Below are positions 1 to 8,450 of a stretch of DNA of 58,153 bases, in pieces. The stretch lies in the IMG/VR virus record IMGVR_UViG_2100351003_000006. One strand, written 5' to 3'. A model generated the notes under the pieces. That model searched no databases. It worked only from the letters and a program-made list of their open reading frames with translations, and was not told the DNA's origin. Positions within the stretch are counted from its first letter, which is position 1. Every line of letters begins with the position of its first letter. Position numbers and translations under genes: made by a program. This stretch comes from an uncultured virus (IMG/VR IMGVR_UViG_2100351003_000006) (lineage: Duplodnaviria; Heunggongvirae; Uroviricota; Caudoviricetes).

Positions 1-2177
1 ATGTCTGACGCCGCCACACTCGACCGCCTCGCCGGCCTCGTAGAACGCGTCACCTTCCACAACGAGCAGAACGGTTTCTGTGTTCTACGCCTGAAAGTGA
101 AGGGTGAGCGAGAACTGATCACCCTCATCGGCCACGCCCCCGTCGTTTCTCCCGGCGAATACGCTTCTGCTTCCGGCAGCTGGGTCACCGATCGCGAGCA
201 TGGCCGGCAATTTCGCGCCGTCTTCGTCAAAATCTCGCCGCCGACCACCTTGACCGGCATTGAGCGCTACCTCGGTTCAGGCATGGTCAAGGGCATTGGC
301 CCGGTCTATGCCGGCAAGCTGGTGAAGTCCTTCGGTGCGGCGGTGTTTGACGTCATCGAGCAGTCGCCAGAGCGTCTCCGCGAAATTCCCGGCATCGGCG
401 AAGTCCGCGCCAGAAGGATCACCTCCGGCTGGGCCGACCAGAAGATCATTCGCAGCATCATGGTCTTCCTGCACGCGCATGGGGTATCCACTTCCCGAGC
501 GGTGCGCATCTTCAAGACCTATGGCCAGGGCGCCATCGAGATCGTCACCGAAAACCCCTACCGCCTGGCCCAGGACATTCGCGGCATCGGCTTTCTCTCC
601 GCGGACACGATTGCCCAGAAGATCGGCATCGCCAAGGATTCTCCCCTGCGCGCCCAGGCCGGCATCTCTTACGCGCTGACCGAAGCATCAGGCCAGGGCC
701 ACTGCGGTTTGCCCTATGCAGAACTGGTGCCCTTGGCGGTGAAGCTGCTCGACATTCCGGAATCATCATCGAGACAGCGATCGCTCAGGAAATCACCGAC
801 GAAGTGCTGTTGCCCGACACCGTCGCAGGCAAACCCTGCGTGTTCCTTGCGCCGCTGTACTACGCCGAGCAGTCGATCGCCGCCCAGATACAGCGCCTCA
901 AAACGGGCGGGACGACCCTTCCTGACTTCGATGCCGACAAAGCCATCCCTTGGGTCGAGCAGAAGCTCGCCATCCAACTAGCCGACAGCCAAAAGGAAGC
1001 CATCCGTCTCGCACTGTCTTCCAAGCTGCTGGTGATCACCGGCGGACCCGGCGTCGGCAAGACCACCCTGGTGAATTCGATTCTGACCATCATGACCGTC
1101 AAGGGCGTCAAGCCTCTGCTGTGTGCGCCCACCGGACGAGCAGCCAAGCGTCTCTCCGAATCGACAGGACTGGAAGCAAAGACGATCCACCGCCTGTTGG
1201 AGGTCAATCCGCTCAACGGTCAGTTCAAGCACAACGCGGACAATCCTCTCGAATGCGATCTTCTGGTTGCCGACGAATGCTCGATGATCGACGTGCCCCT
1301 GGCGAACCAGTTGCTCAAGGCGGTGGCCACCAGCACAGCGATGATTCTCGTTGGCGACGTGGATCAACTGCCCTCGGTCGGCCCCGGACAATTTCTCACC
1401 GATCTGATCGACTCAGGAGCGGTTCCCGTCATCCGGCTGACTGAAGTATTCCGCCAGGCGGCGACATCGCGCATCGTTCGCAGTGCCCACCAGATCAACC
1501 GAGGCGTGTTTCCCAGCCAGCCAGAGAAGGGAGAAGCCTCGGACTTCTACCTCGTCGCTGCCGAGGAGCCGGAAGTCATCGCGCAAACCGTGGTGGATTT
1601 GGTGCAGACGCGGCTGCCGCGGAAGTTCAAGGTCGATCCGATTCGCGACATTCAGGTGCTGTGCCCGATGAACCGGGGCATCACCGGCGCCCGCGGTATC
1701 AACCAGGCTTTGCAGGCGGTGCTCAACCCGCCCGGCGAGCACAGTGTTGATAAGTTCGGCAACCGCTTCAGCGTGGGCGACAAGGTGATGCAGATCGAGA
1801 ACAACTACGACCGGGATGTCTTCAACGGCGATATCGGTTTCGTCACCGGCATTGATCAGGAGGAAGAGGAACTCGCCGTGGCCTTCGATGGCCGGGTGGT
1901 GACTTATCCGTTTGGCGAACTCGACGAACTGGTGCTCTGCTACGCAACGACGATCCACAAGTCGCAGGGTTCTGAGTACCCGGTGGTGGTCATTCCGATC
2001 TCGACCCAGCACTACATGATGTTGAAGCGCAACCTCATCTACACGGGCATCACGCGTGGCAAGAGGCTGGTGGTGCTGGTTGGCCAGAAGAGAGCGCTGG
2101 CCATGGCGGTCAAGGGCAAGCAGGTGGAACGGCGCTGGTCAAAACTGAAAGAACGTCTGGTGGCGAGAGAGCGGTAG
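1..2177 (+). pseudogene. recD2: ATP-dependent RecD2-like (RecD/TraA family) helicase, split by a 1-nt frameshift near 765
   Basis: N-terminal OB and HhH motifs (YLGSGMVKGIGP, NPYRLAQDIRGIGF) in 1..~765. The frame of 804..2177 continues IIETAIAQEITDEVLLPDT and has Walker A GGPGVGKT, DECSM, GDVDQLPSVGPG, YATTIHKSQGSE and YTGITRGK. The frameshift could be an assembly error. Confidence 0.9.
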
Positions 2178-2420
2178 CCGCGTGGTCACTTTTCATCGGG
2201 GCACAACTGATGCAGGGCCGTCGCTACTGTGGGCTATGCCGCCTTCCGACCCAAACCCGTCTGATGACGTCTCCAAGTGCTACGGCGGCTTACCAATCCT
2301 CAAGCTGCCTTTCGCAGAACTTGAGGTCGGCCTCGTTCTTGGCCACAGCTGTCATTGGCTAACCTCACACATTTCGTCAGGAATGTGGCCGGATGCCGAC
2401 CTTGGCCGATACGACGTTTC

Positions 2421-4673
2421 TCAGCCTCTATCAAATAGTTCTTCGATTTCATCGACAGCGTGCATTCTTGGGCCGTCTGCCTCCCCGTCATCGCCATCGT
2501 AAGAGTTCTCAAAATAGCTATTCAACCCATCAGCAACGTCATAGTAATCGACAACACGGGCAATGTCGCTGTCAGAGACATCTATTCCGAAATCAACGAG
2601 TTTTTGTTCAACTAGTTTCGTCAATTCGTTGTTAGCGGCTTGAACGTCGCCGTACTCAACTCTGGAAAAAGCAAAGTCCACATCTATGAAATCTGAAAAG
2701 CAGTCCGAAACCAAATCTAGAACGTGTTCCTTTGCGACCTGTGCGTTCTGGTCATACCCTGGTGTCTCGTCAGGAATCGCCAACAAAAGCGATGTCATAG
2801 CTTTGATTTCTGTCGCAGATTCAGCTTGTTCAATGTTGGCCGAAACAAAGCTCATAGCCTGCACGGGTGTCACAATGAGTTGGTCTAATCCCCACTCAAT
2901 GACTTCAAAAGAGTCATCAGTGGCCTCGCCCATGCCTTCGTTGAGAATGAAAATGACAGCTGCTCGCAACGCTGAGTACGATGAGCTCTTTAAGCCATCA
3001 CATCTTTTATAGACATTAAAGAGCGCCGAGATATAAGCGACGCTTACTGCCTCAAACCTAACGACGGCGAAATGTTCAAACAATGCCTCGCAAATGGCCT
3101 TTGCATTTGCGCTAGACAGCAAATCATCACCTTGAAGGCTTACCAGCGTTATCGTTGATCGGAGAGTTCTAAGGCTCTGGAAACCAAGACGCAATGCAAC
3201 CAGATCTCCTGCATATCGCCTCAATACGTAATCAGCAATGGATGGATTGAAAAGGTCAATTGTCGATGGTCCATGCGAAGAAATCGCCCTATTGAGAAAT
3301 GATCCGGTAAGTAGTCGGATATTGGACTGGAATTCGTGCCGGCCATGAAGATGCTGATTTTCGCGCAATGCGATAAATCGGTGATATGCCTCAGCGAGGG
3401 TGCTTTCATCAATAGCATGCCCATTCAGCACAACCAGAAATATGATTGCGCGTGCGAAGTCATCATGCTGTACGACGAACGGATTTTCCCAAACCTGGGA
3501 TGGATTGGTTAGTGAATGAACGATGTATTTCCAATAGTCGGCTGGTGGATATGCATCTAGTCTCGTAACATCAGTAACCAAACTGATCAAACGTGGATTG
3601 AAATTCTTATGCCCAATGATTTGGCGGTACCGCCGATCGAAATAGAGTTCCTCAACGTACTCGTTATCAAGGCCTGAATGCCAAATATGGTTGTAAAGAA
3701 TCTGCGCTTTATCTAGTTTAGTAAGTGACTGAATCTTTATTTCATATTCGTTTCGATGAATATTGCTGTGCTCAAGGCTGTCAATTAGGAACTTGCCTTG
3801 GTTCAATATCGTACTTCTTGAGGTAAGTACGAATCGCTTATTCTTGTTAGCTGCTACCCGTCGAATGAACTGCGTAATGTGACTACCTTCGTGTCCTCTA
3901 AGGGCGTCCAGATAATTGCGCCCTAAAAAATCATCAAAGTAAATGACCTGTTTATTTTCTGGATCAAATGCTGACTCCGCTTCTCGAATGTCGTCGGCAA
4001 CTTTTAGATAGACGAAATCTTGGACGACGTAATGTAGGCATAGGTGGTCCGCCAGTGTTGTTTTTCCAACTCCGGGTTCGCCTGTAATTATGACTACCCC
4101 TAGCTTGGCTAATATATTCAGCGCTGCCTGGTGGTTTGCGGTTACAACATAGCGCGATGACGAACGTATTATTTCTTGAAGCGAAAAAGCGCTTCGACCA
4201 ACAATAGCGCTGTTAAAGATGTGCCTAAGAACGCTGGAGCTATGAAGCCAAAGCTTGTAGTGCTTTTGTTCAATGTGAGGCTTACCTTTGAGTAAGTCGT
4301 TTAGGTCCTCTTTTCCATAAATGTCGCTTTCTGAAGCGATATGTGGGGTAAGAGCACGGTAGATCGTCTTCTTGTCTGCGCGTGAAAGCGAGTTAGAAAC
4401 TGCAAGTAAATATCGATTAGGCTTCAATTTATCGAGCTTTGGCTTCTCCTTGGTTTCTAGCGCGGAGACGAGTTGCCTCAACGGCGTGTTACACCAATGT
4501 TTGCACTGCAGGATCACCTCTTTGCCTTCACTGGCAAAAAACCGGCCATCAACGCCAGCGTCCCTACCTACCTTAAACCGTTCAATCCGAGTGCCTTCCA
4601 CCTCGCCTATAAGATCGGCACATAGGATTTCAAACTCCTTGTCATTTAGCGGCTTGAAGTCATAGTCAGACAT
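2421..4673 (-). CDS. Mrr-like restriction endonuclease fused to nSTAND3-type P-loop NTPase (candidate antiviral STAND)
   Basis: N-terminal FEILCADL...DAGVDG...ILQCKH (PD-(D/E)xK, Mrr-type QxK); Walker A GEPGVGKT; Walker B YFDDFLG; LTSR and FNPRLI motifs; visibly lower GC than the flanks. Confidence 0.8.
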   Translation of the reverse strand: MSDYDFKPLNDKEFEILCADLIGEVEGTRIERFKVGRDAGVDGRFFASEGKEVILQCKHWCNTPLRQLVSALETKEKPKLDKLKPNRYLLAVSNSLSRADKKTIYRALTPHIASESDIYGKEDLNDLLKGKPHIEQKHYKLWLHSSSVLRHIFNSAIVGRSAFSLQEIIRSSSRYVVTANHQAALNILAKLGVVIITGEPGVGKTTLADHLCLHYVVQDFVYLKVADDIREAESAFDPENKQVIYFDDFLGRNYLDALRGHEGSHITQFIRRVAANKNKRFVLTSRSTILNQGKFLIDSLEHSNIHRNEYEIKIQSLTKLDKAQILYNHIWHSGLDNEYVEELYFDRRYRQIIGHKNFNPRLISLVTDVTRLDAYPPADYWKYIVHSLTNPSQVWENPFVVQHDDFARAIIFLVVLNGHAIDESTLAEAYHRFIALRENQHLHGRHEFQSNIRLLTGSFLNRAISSHGPSTIDLFNPSIADYVLRRYAGDLVALRLGFQSLRTLRSTITLVSLQGDDLLSSANAKAICEALFEHFAVVRFEAVSVAYISALFNVYKRCDGLKSSSYSALRAAVIFILNEGMGEATDDSFEVIEWGLDQLIVTPVQAMSFVSANIEQAESATEIKAMTSLLLAIPDETPGYDQNAQVAKEHVLDLVSDCFSDFIDVDFAFSRVEYGDVQAANNELTKLVEQKLVDFGIDVSDSDIARVVDYYDVADGLNSYFENSYDGDDGEADGPRMHAVDEIEELFDRG

Positions 4674-5218
4674 GGCTCTCCTGAACTCTCTACGAAGGCA
4701 TTGTTAGGCTGGCAGTAGGTTGAAACAGTATGCAAGATGAGAGTGTATTTCTTTTGGCGCCAAACGCCCAGAACGCTGACGGTCAATTTATGGGTTCAAA
4801 CGAACGTCTGCAACTTGTCGTTTTGCAGTCTGATTTCGCGTAATCAGCAACAGCCGCTTTGGCCGACCAAGAGTCTGACGGCGCGCGCGGACGACAGTCT
4901 GCTTTGGTAGGACTTAGCCGCCGTTCGATGCGGTCATTTTTCGACCGTCGCTATGGCCGCTCCTGGCCGCAAGCGGCCCGACGTCGATCGCGTTACGTGC
5001 TCAACGGCCGTCGTTCTGTCAGCCAAAATACTGCCTGTATTCAAACCGATCGCCGCAAGCTTTCAGCCGGCCGAAAACAACGTCATCTCGATGCGTTTCA
5101 AGCCGCTGCCCGAGGTTTCCGCCAGCTTGACCACATTTGGATCGTCGGATCGGCGCTCTCCCGTCCGTTCGCACAACGACGCCATTTGCCAGCACAACCG
5201 GGGACCCGGGTCGCGGTC

Positions 5219-5881
5219 TTACCACGGCAGGATTTCGCCATTCTGGTGGAGGAATCGTCCGGTGGTCTCGAGTTTGAGCTGGTCGATGCGCTGCAAGAGC
5301 CCGCGAACAGACTCGTCCGTCTCGATCATACCCTGGCCGCCGGTCATCTCGGTGCGCACGGCGCCCGGATGCAGGATGACGACGGCGACCCCTCGCGGTT
5401 TGAGGTCGTGGGCTAGAGAGACACCGGCAGCATTGAGCGCCGCCTTGCTCATACGATAGCCGTAGTAGCGCCCGGAGCTGTTGTCGGCGATGGAGCCCAT
5501 GCGACTGGTAATGAGCGCGACCTTCGAGCCTGGATGAAGACGCGAGGCGAGTGCCCGCGTGAGAAAGAGCGGCGCGATGGCGTTGAGTTCGAACTGCGCG
5601 CGCACCGCGTCAAGATCAACATCTTCGAGTGAGTCGGCAATGAGCAGGCCGGCGTTCTGGACCAGGAGGTCAATGTCGTCGTGTGCGAGGCATTCGGCGA
5701 GCTTCGACCAAGCTGCAGGCTCAGTGACGTCGATATCGCATTCGACACGCACTCCGAGCGCGTCGAGCTCCGGCGAGCTCTTGCGACACACTGCAACCAC
5801 GATCGCTCCGCGTGCTTTGAGCTGCCGTGCGAGTTCGAGACCGATCCCACGATTTGCACCTGTGACGACTGAAACACCCAT
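5219..5881 (-). CDS. Short-chain dehydrogenase/reductase (CsgA/C-factor-like SDR)
   Basis: TGANRGIG Rossmann motif, NAG, catalytic YRMSK, HPGAVRT; AGGAG RBS. Confidence 0.92.
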   Translation of the reverse strand: MGVSVVTGANRGIGLELARQLKARGAIVVAVCRKSSPELDALGVRVECDIDVTEPAAWSKLAECLAHDDIDLLVQNAGLLIADSLEDVDLDAVRAQFELNAIAPLFLTRALASRLHPGSKVALITSRMGSIADNSSGRYYGYRMSKAALNAAGVSLAHDLKPRGVAVVILHPGAVRTEMTGGQGMIETDESVRGLLQRIDQLKLETTGRFLHQNGEILPW

Positions 5882-5992
5882 ACCATTTCTCCTTTTCGAT
5901 CCGCCTCGAACCCAGCGGGTACGCCGCCCTCGGTTTCAGCCCTTGCCTTTCTTCTCGGCAGGCAAGGATAGGGTCATTAACGGCGAGCTACG

Positions 5993-6820
5993 CTACGCCA
6001 CCAACCCCAAACTGTTCTCTCTGCCCTGACCACGCCACGCATCCGACTGCGGACCGCTGGTCCCGAGACGGCGCACGACCTTGCCAATAAACAACTCCAC
6101 TTCGGCGGCACCCGGCACGATGAAGGGACCAACGAGACGGTCGTCTGCCACCTCTGTCGTCCCGCCTCCAGAAAGCCGATAAACGAACGCCGATAGGTCA
6201 GAGCTATTGCGTTTGTGGTTGCCAGGCTGTGTCTCACTCGTGACGAATTCATGCACGAGCATGACGGCGCGGGAGTAACCCTTTCGCCTTGCCTCAGACA
6301 CCGCGCCAGCGCAGGCTGTGAGTAGTTGGTAGCGCAGGTCGCCTAGCCGTGGTTCGCCTTTAACGCGCGGACTGAACAAGGAACGGGCCAGCTGTTCAAC
6401 ACGGGCGACCCCGTTGGACCGCGGATTCTCAAGGCGGCGTTCGAGTGCATCGGCCAGCGTTTTCGAGACTGTGTCTCCGTATGGCTCGTCCGCCTTGGCC
6501 TCGACAGCAAGCAGGTAGGGACCGATTGCGTCGGTCACATAGACCGCGAGGTCGCTATTCCTCGGCTCACCGGGAAAGTTGTCGAAACGTAGCTTTGCTT
6601 CTGGCTCAGCTTCCCAAGATAGAACCGCTCCAAACCTGCTGTGGGCTGCCAAGCAACTGGCAACTTCAGGTGGCAAAGCCGTTCCTCCTCCCACCAGCCA
6701 AGCACGGGCAACTTCTTTGGCACTCCTCCCATCAATCCAGTGGTAAGAAGCCTTCGGATTGCCATACGTCTCCCAATCCGTGAGCGATGCGATGACGTGA
6801 CCACGTTTTGCGATAGGCAT
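5993..6820 (-). CDS. DUF6946-family protein, probable PD-(D/E)xK nuclease fold
   Basis: HWxxGRSAKE.ARAW, PRNSDL...AVEAKADE (D...ExK), LRYQLLTA, LVHEF motifs. Confidence 0.65.
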   Translation of the reverse strand: MPIAKRGHVIASLTDWETYGNPKASYHWIDGRSAKEVARAWLVGGGTALPPEVASCLAAHSRFGAVLSWEAEPEAKLRFDNFPGEPRNSDLAVYVTDAIGPYLLAVEAKADEPYGDTVSKTLADALERRLENPRSNGVARVEQLARSLFSPRVKGEPRLGDLRYQLLTACAGAVSEARRKGYSRAVMLVHEFVTSETQPGNHKRNSSDLSAFVYRLSGGGTTEVADDRLVGPFIVPGAAEVELFIGKVVRRLGTSGPQSDAWRGQGRENSLGLVA

Positions 6821-6947
6821 GCAGGCGCACCGGTAGTGTGTAATCGGGTTTGTCTGGCGCCCTTAACTGGCCTGGCTGAAGCGTCGAGGGCGGTGTTGAT
6901 GACGATTGTAAGCGAGGAGCAGCGCCGCCGGATACCGCACGGCAGAC

Positions 6948-7343
6948 TCAGCCCGCAGCACCAATTCCGAACTGCGCTCGCTGCCCAGACCATTCCACCG
7001 GAAATGGCAGCATCAAGTCCTTCAACGTCAGGCTCGCAGGCTGTTTGCCCGCCAAAATCGCTTCTACGATGTCTGGTGCCAACAACGCCAATCTGATCAC
7101 ACGACTCACGAACGAAGGTCCGATGCGCTCTGCTTTGGCGATTTCGTCCAGACACCCGTAGGTACCGTTCTCCAGCAGTTTCTGCCAGCGAAATGCCCGC
7201 GCGACCGCCTTGATCATGGTGTTGTCGATGGTCGCCATCGGCATCGGGTTGCCGTGCGTGCCATCGGGTAGAACGATCACCTTGCGCCCGCCACGCTTCT
7301 TGAAGGTCATTGGCAGATCAACAGAAATGACATCAGCAGCCAT
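6948..7343 (-). CDS. Small HTH-like protein typically following phage serine recombinase (possible accessory/directionality factor)
   Basis: MAADVISVDLPMTFKKRGGRKVIV...IKAVARAFRWQKLLE...VSRVIRLALLAPDIVEAIL; ATG overlaps the recombinase stop. Confidence 0.7.
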   Translation of the reverse strand: MAADVISVDLPMTFKKRGGRKVIVLPDGTHGNPMPMATIDNTMIKAVARAFRWQKLLENGTYGCLDEIAKAERIGPSFVSRVIRLALLAPDIVEAILAGKQPASLTLKDLMLPFPVEWSGQRAQFGIGAAG

Positions 7344-7714
7344 CACGCGGCCTTCCTCCCTGGCATGACCGACTGGATCAAGTCCCTCATGCCCGCCGCC
7401 TTCATGTCGATGCGTAGGCCGGTGGGGCTGACGGTCACCCTTTCCACCACGTAATTGAATGATCCTGGCCTGCTCGNNNNNNNNNNNNNNNNNNNNAGCC
7501 GCTGGATGCCAGGCCGATTGAGGGTGCCGCCCGAGAAGCCGCCATCGTTGTACGCGTCGTCGAGCGCTACCCAGCCTTCGGACTTCTGCGAGACGATGTA
7601 GGCCTCGCACGCATCGCGCTGGGCGTCGAGCGAGTTGTAGTTCTGCTCCAGCCCTTCCTCGGTGGATTTTCGGGTGTAGATCGCGCAGCGGAGTTTGCGC
7701 GTCATCGCGTTCAT
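7343..7714 (-). CDS. Large serine recombinase (resolvase-type catalytic domain), incomplete because of an assembly gap
   Basis: RCAIYTRKS catalytic Ser motif, SLDAQR, DGGFSGGTLNRPG; 20 N at 7477-7496; C-terminus EQARIIQL/VVERVTVS with a 1-nt frame slip beside the gap. Confidence 0.8.
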   Translation of the reverse strand: MNAMTRKLRCAIYTRKSTEEGLEQNYNSLDAQRDACEAYIVSQKSEGWVALDDAYNDGGFSGGTLNRPGIQRXXXXXXXXSRPGSFNYVVERVTVSPTGLRIDMKAAGMRDLIQSVMPGRKAA

Positions 7715-8151
7715 GCAGGCCTCCGTGCGCGCAGACCGAAGAACAACCAGCCATTCCAGACCGTGCCGGTGATCGCCTTGGCGATTGCAGAGAGTGATTG
7801 ATAGCGCTGGCCTTGGAACTCGAAATGGCCAAGCTGGACGATGACCTCGTAGGGCGTGCCCTGCCACTCGCGGATCAGCTTGGTGCCGGCGATAGGACGA
7901 TCATCAGCGCGGCGGCTGCGAACCCGCGCCTTGCCGCCGTCGAGTTGTTCACCAAGTTGTTCGAGGCGCTTGACCGTGCTGGTCTTCAGTCCGCCATGGG
8001 CGAGTTCCTGCAGGCGATAGGCGAGGCGATTCTCCAGGAAGCGCCGGTTGTACGGCGGCGGCTCCGTATCGAACAGGTCGCGCCACAGTTGCTTCAATTC
8101 GGGAATCGGGGTGGTCTTGAGGGCCACCACCCGGGCCAGTACGTCAGTCAT
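7711..8151 (-). CDS. DUF2924 domain protein
   Basis: LKQLWRDLF..PP..NRRFLENRLAYRLQE.AHGGL...GTKLIREWQG...SLSAIAKAITGT.WNGWLFFGL; coupled to the recombinase. Confidence 0.85.
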   Translation of the reverse strand: MTDVLARVVALKTTPIPELKQLWRDLFDTEPPPYNRRFLENRLAYRLQELAHGGLKTSTVKRLEQLGEQLDGGKARVRSRRADDRPIAGTKLIREWQGTPYEVIVQLGHFEFQGQRYQSLSAIAKAITGTVWNGWLFFGLRARRPA

Positions 8152-8183
8152 GAAATGTCTCCCTTGGGGTTCAGAACAGGGTC

Positions 8184-8213
8184 ATGAACGCGCTGTCCGG
8201 TGCGGCTATCAAG
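8184..8213 (-). promoter_or_regulatory. Copy of the 30-bp phage promoter-like motif upstream of the DUF2924-recombinase operon
   Basis: Minus strand CTTGATAGCCGCACCGGACAGCGCGTTCAT; same length and 3' half as the copies at 23.5-27.4 kb. Confidence 0.7.
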
Positions 8214-8450
8214 GGCTTTTTGACGCTCATGCAGGCGGAGTACGCCGTGCGCCAGTATTATTGCAATGATGCGAACAGGGTTGATGGGCGAGCTATTGCG
8301 AGAGTTGAGTTTGGCAGTCATGCATGTTTATACGGGGCCACCTCGGATTTCTTCTCAGCCGGCTTGAGAGGTCACGCCTACACGGCGGTGAGAGCCCATT
8401 TGGCCACAAAGGGCGTGCCGCAAGTCATCACAACAACAAGGAGAAATAGG

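Noticed and set aside
8184..8450. 826-aa version of the large ORF starting at 8184
   Set aside because: That ATG is the reverse complement of the promoter motif; a clear RBS precedes GTG at 8451.
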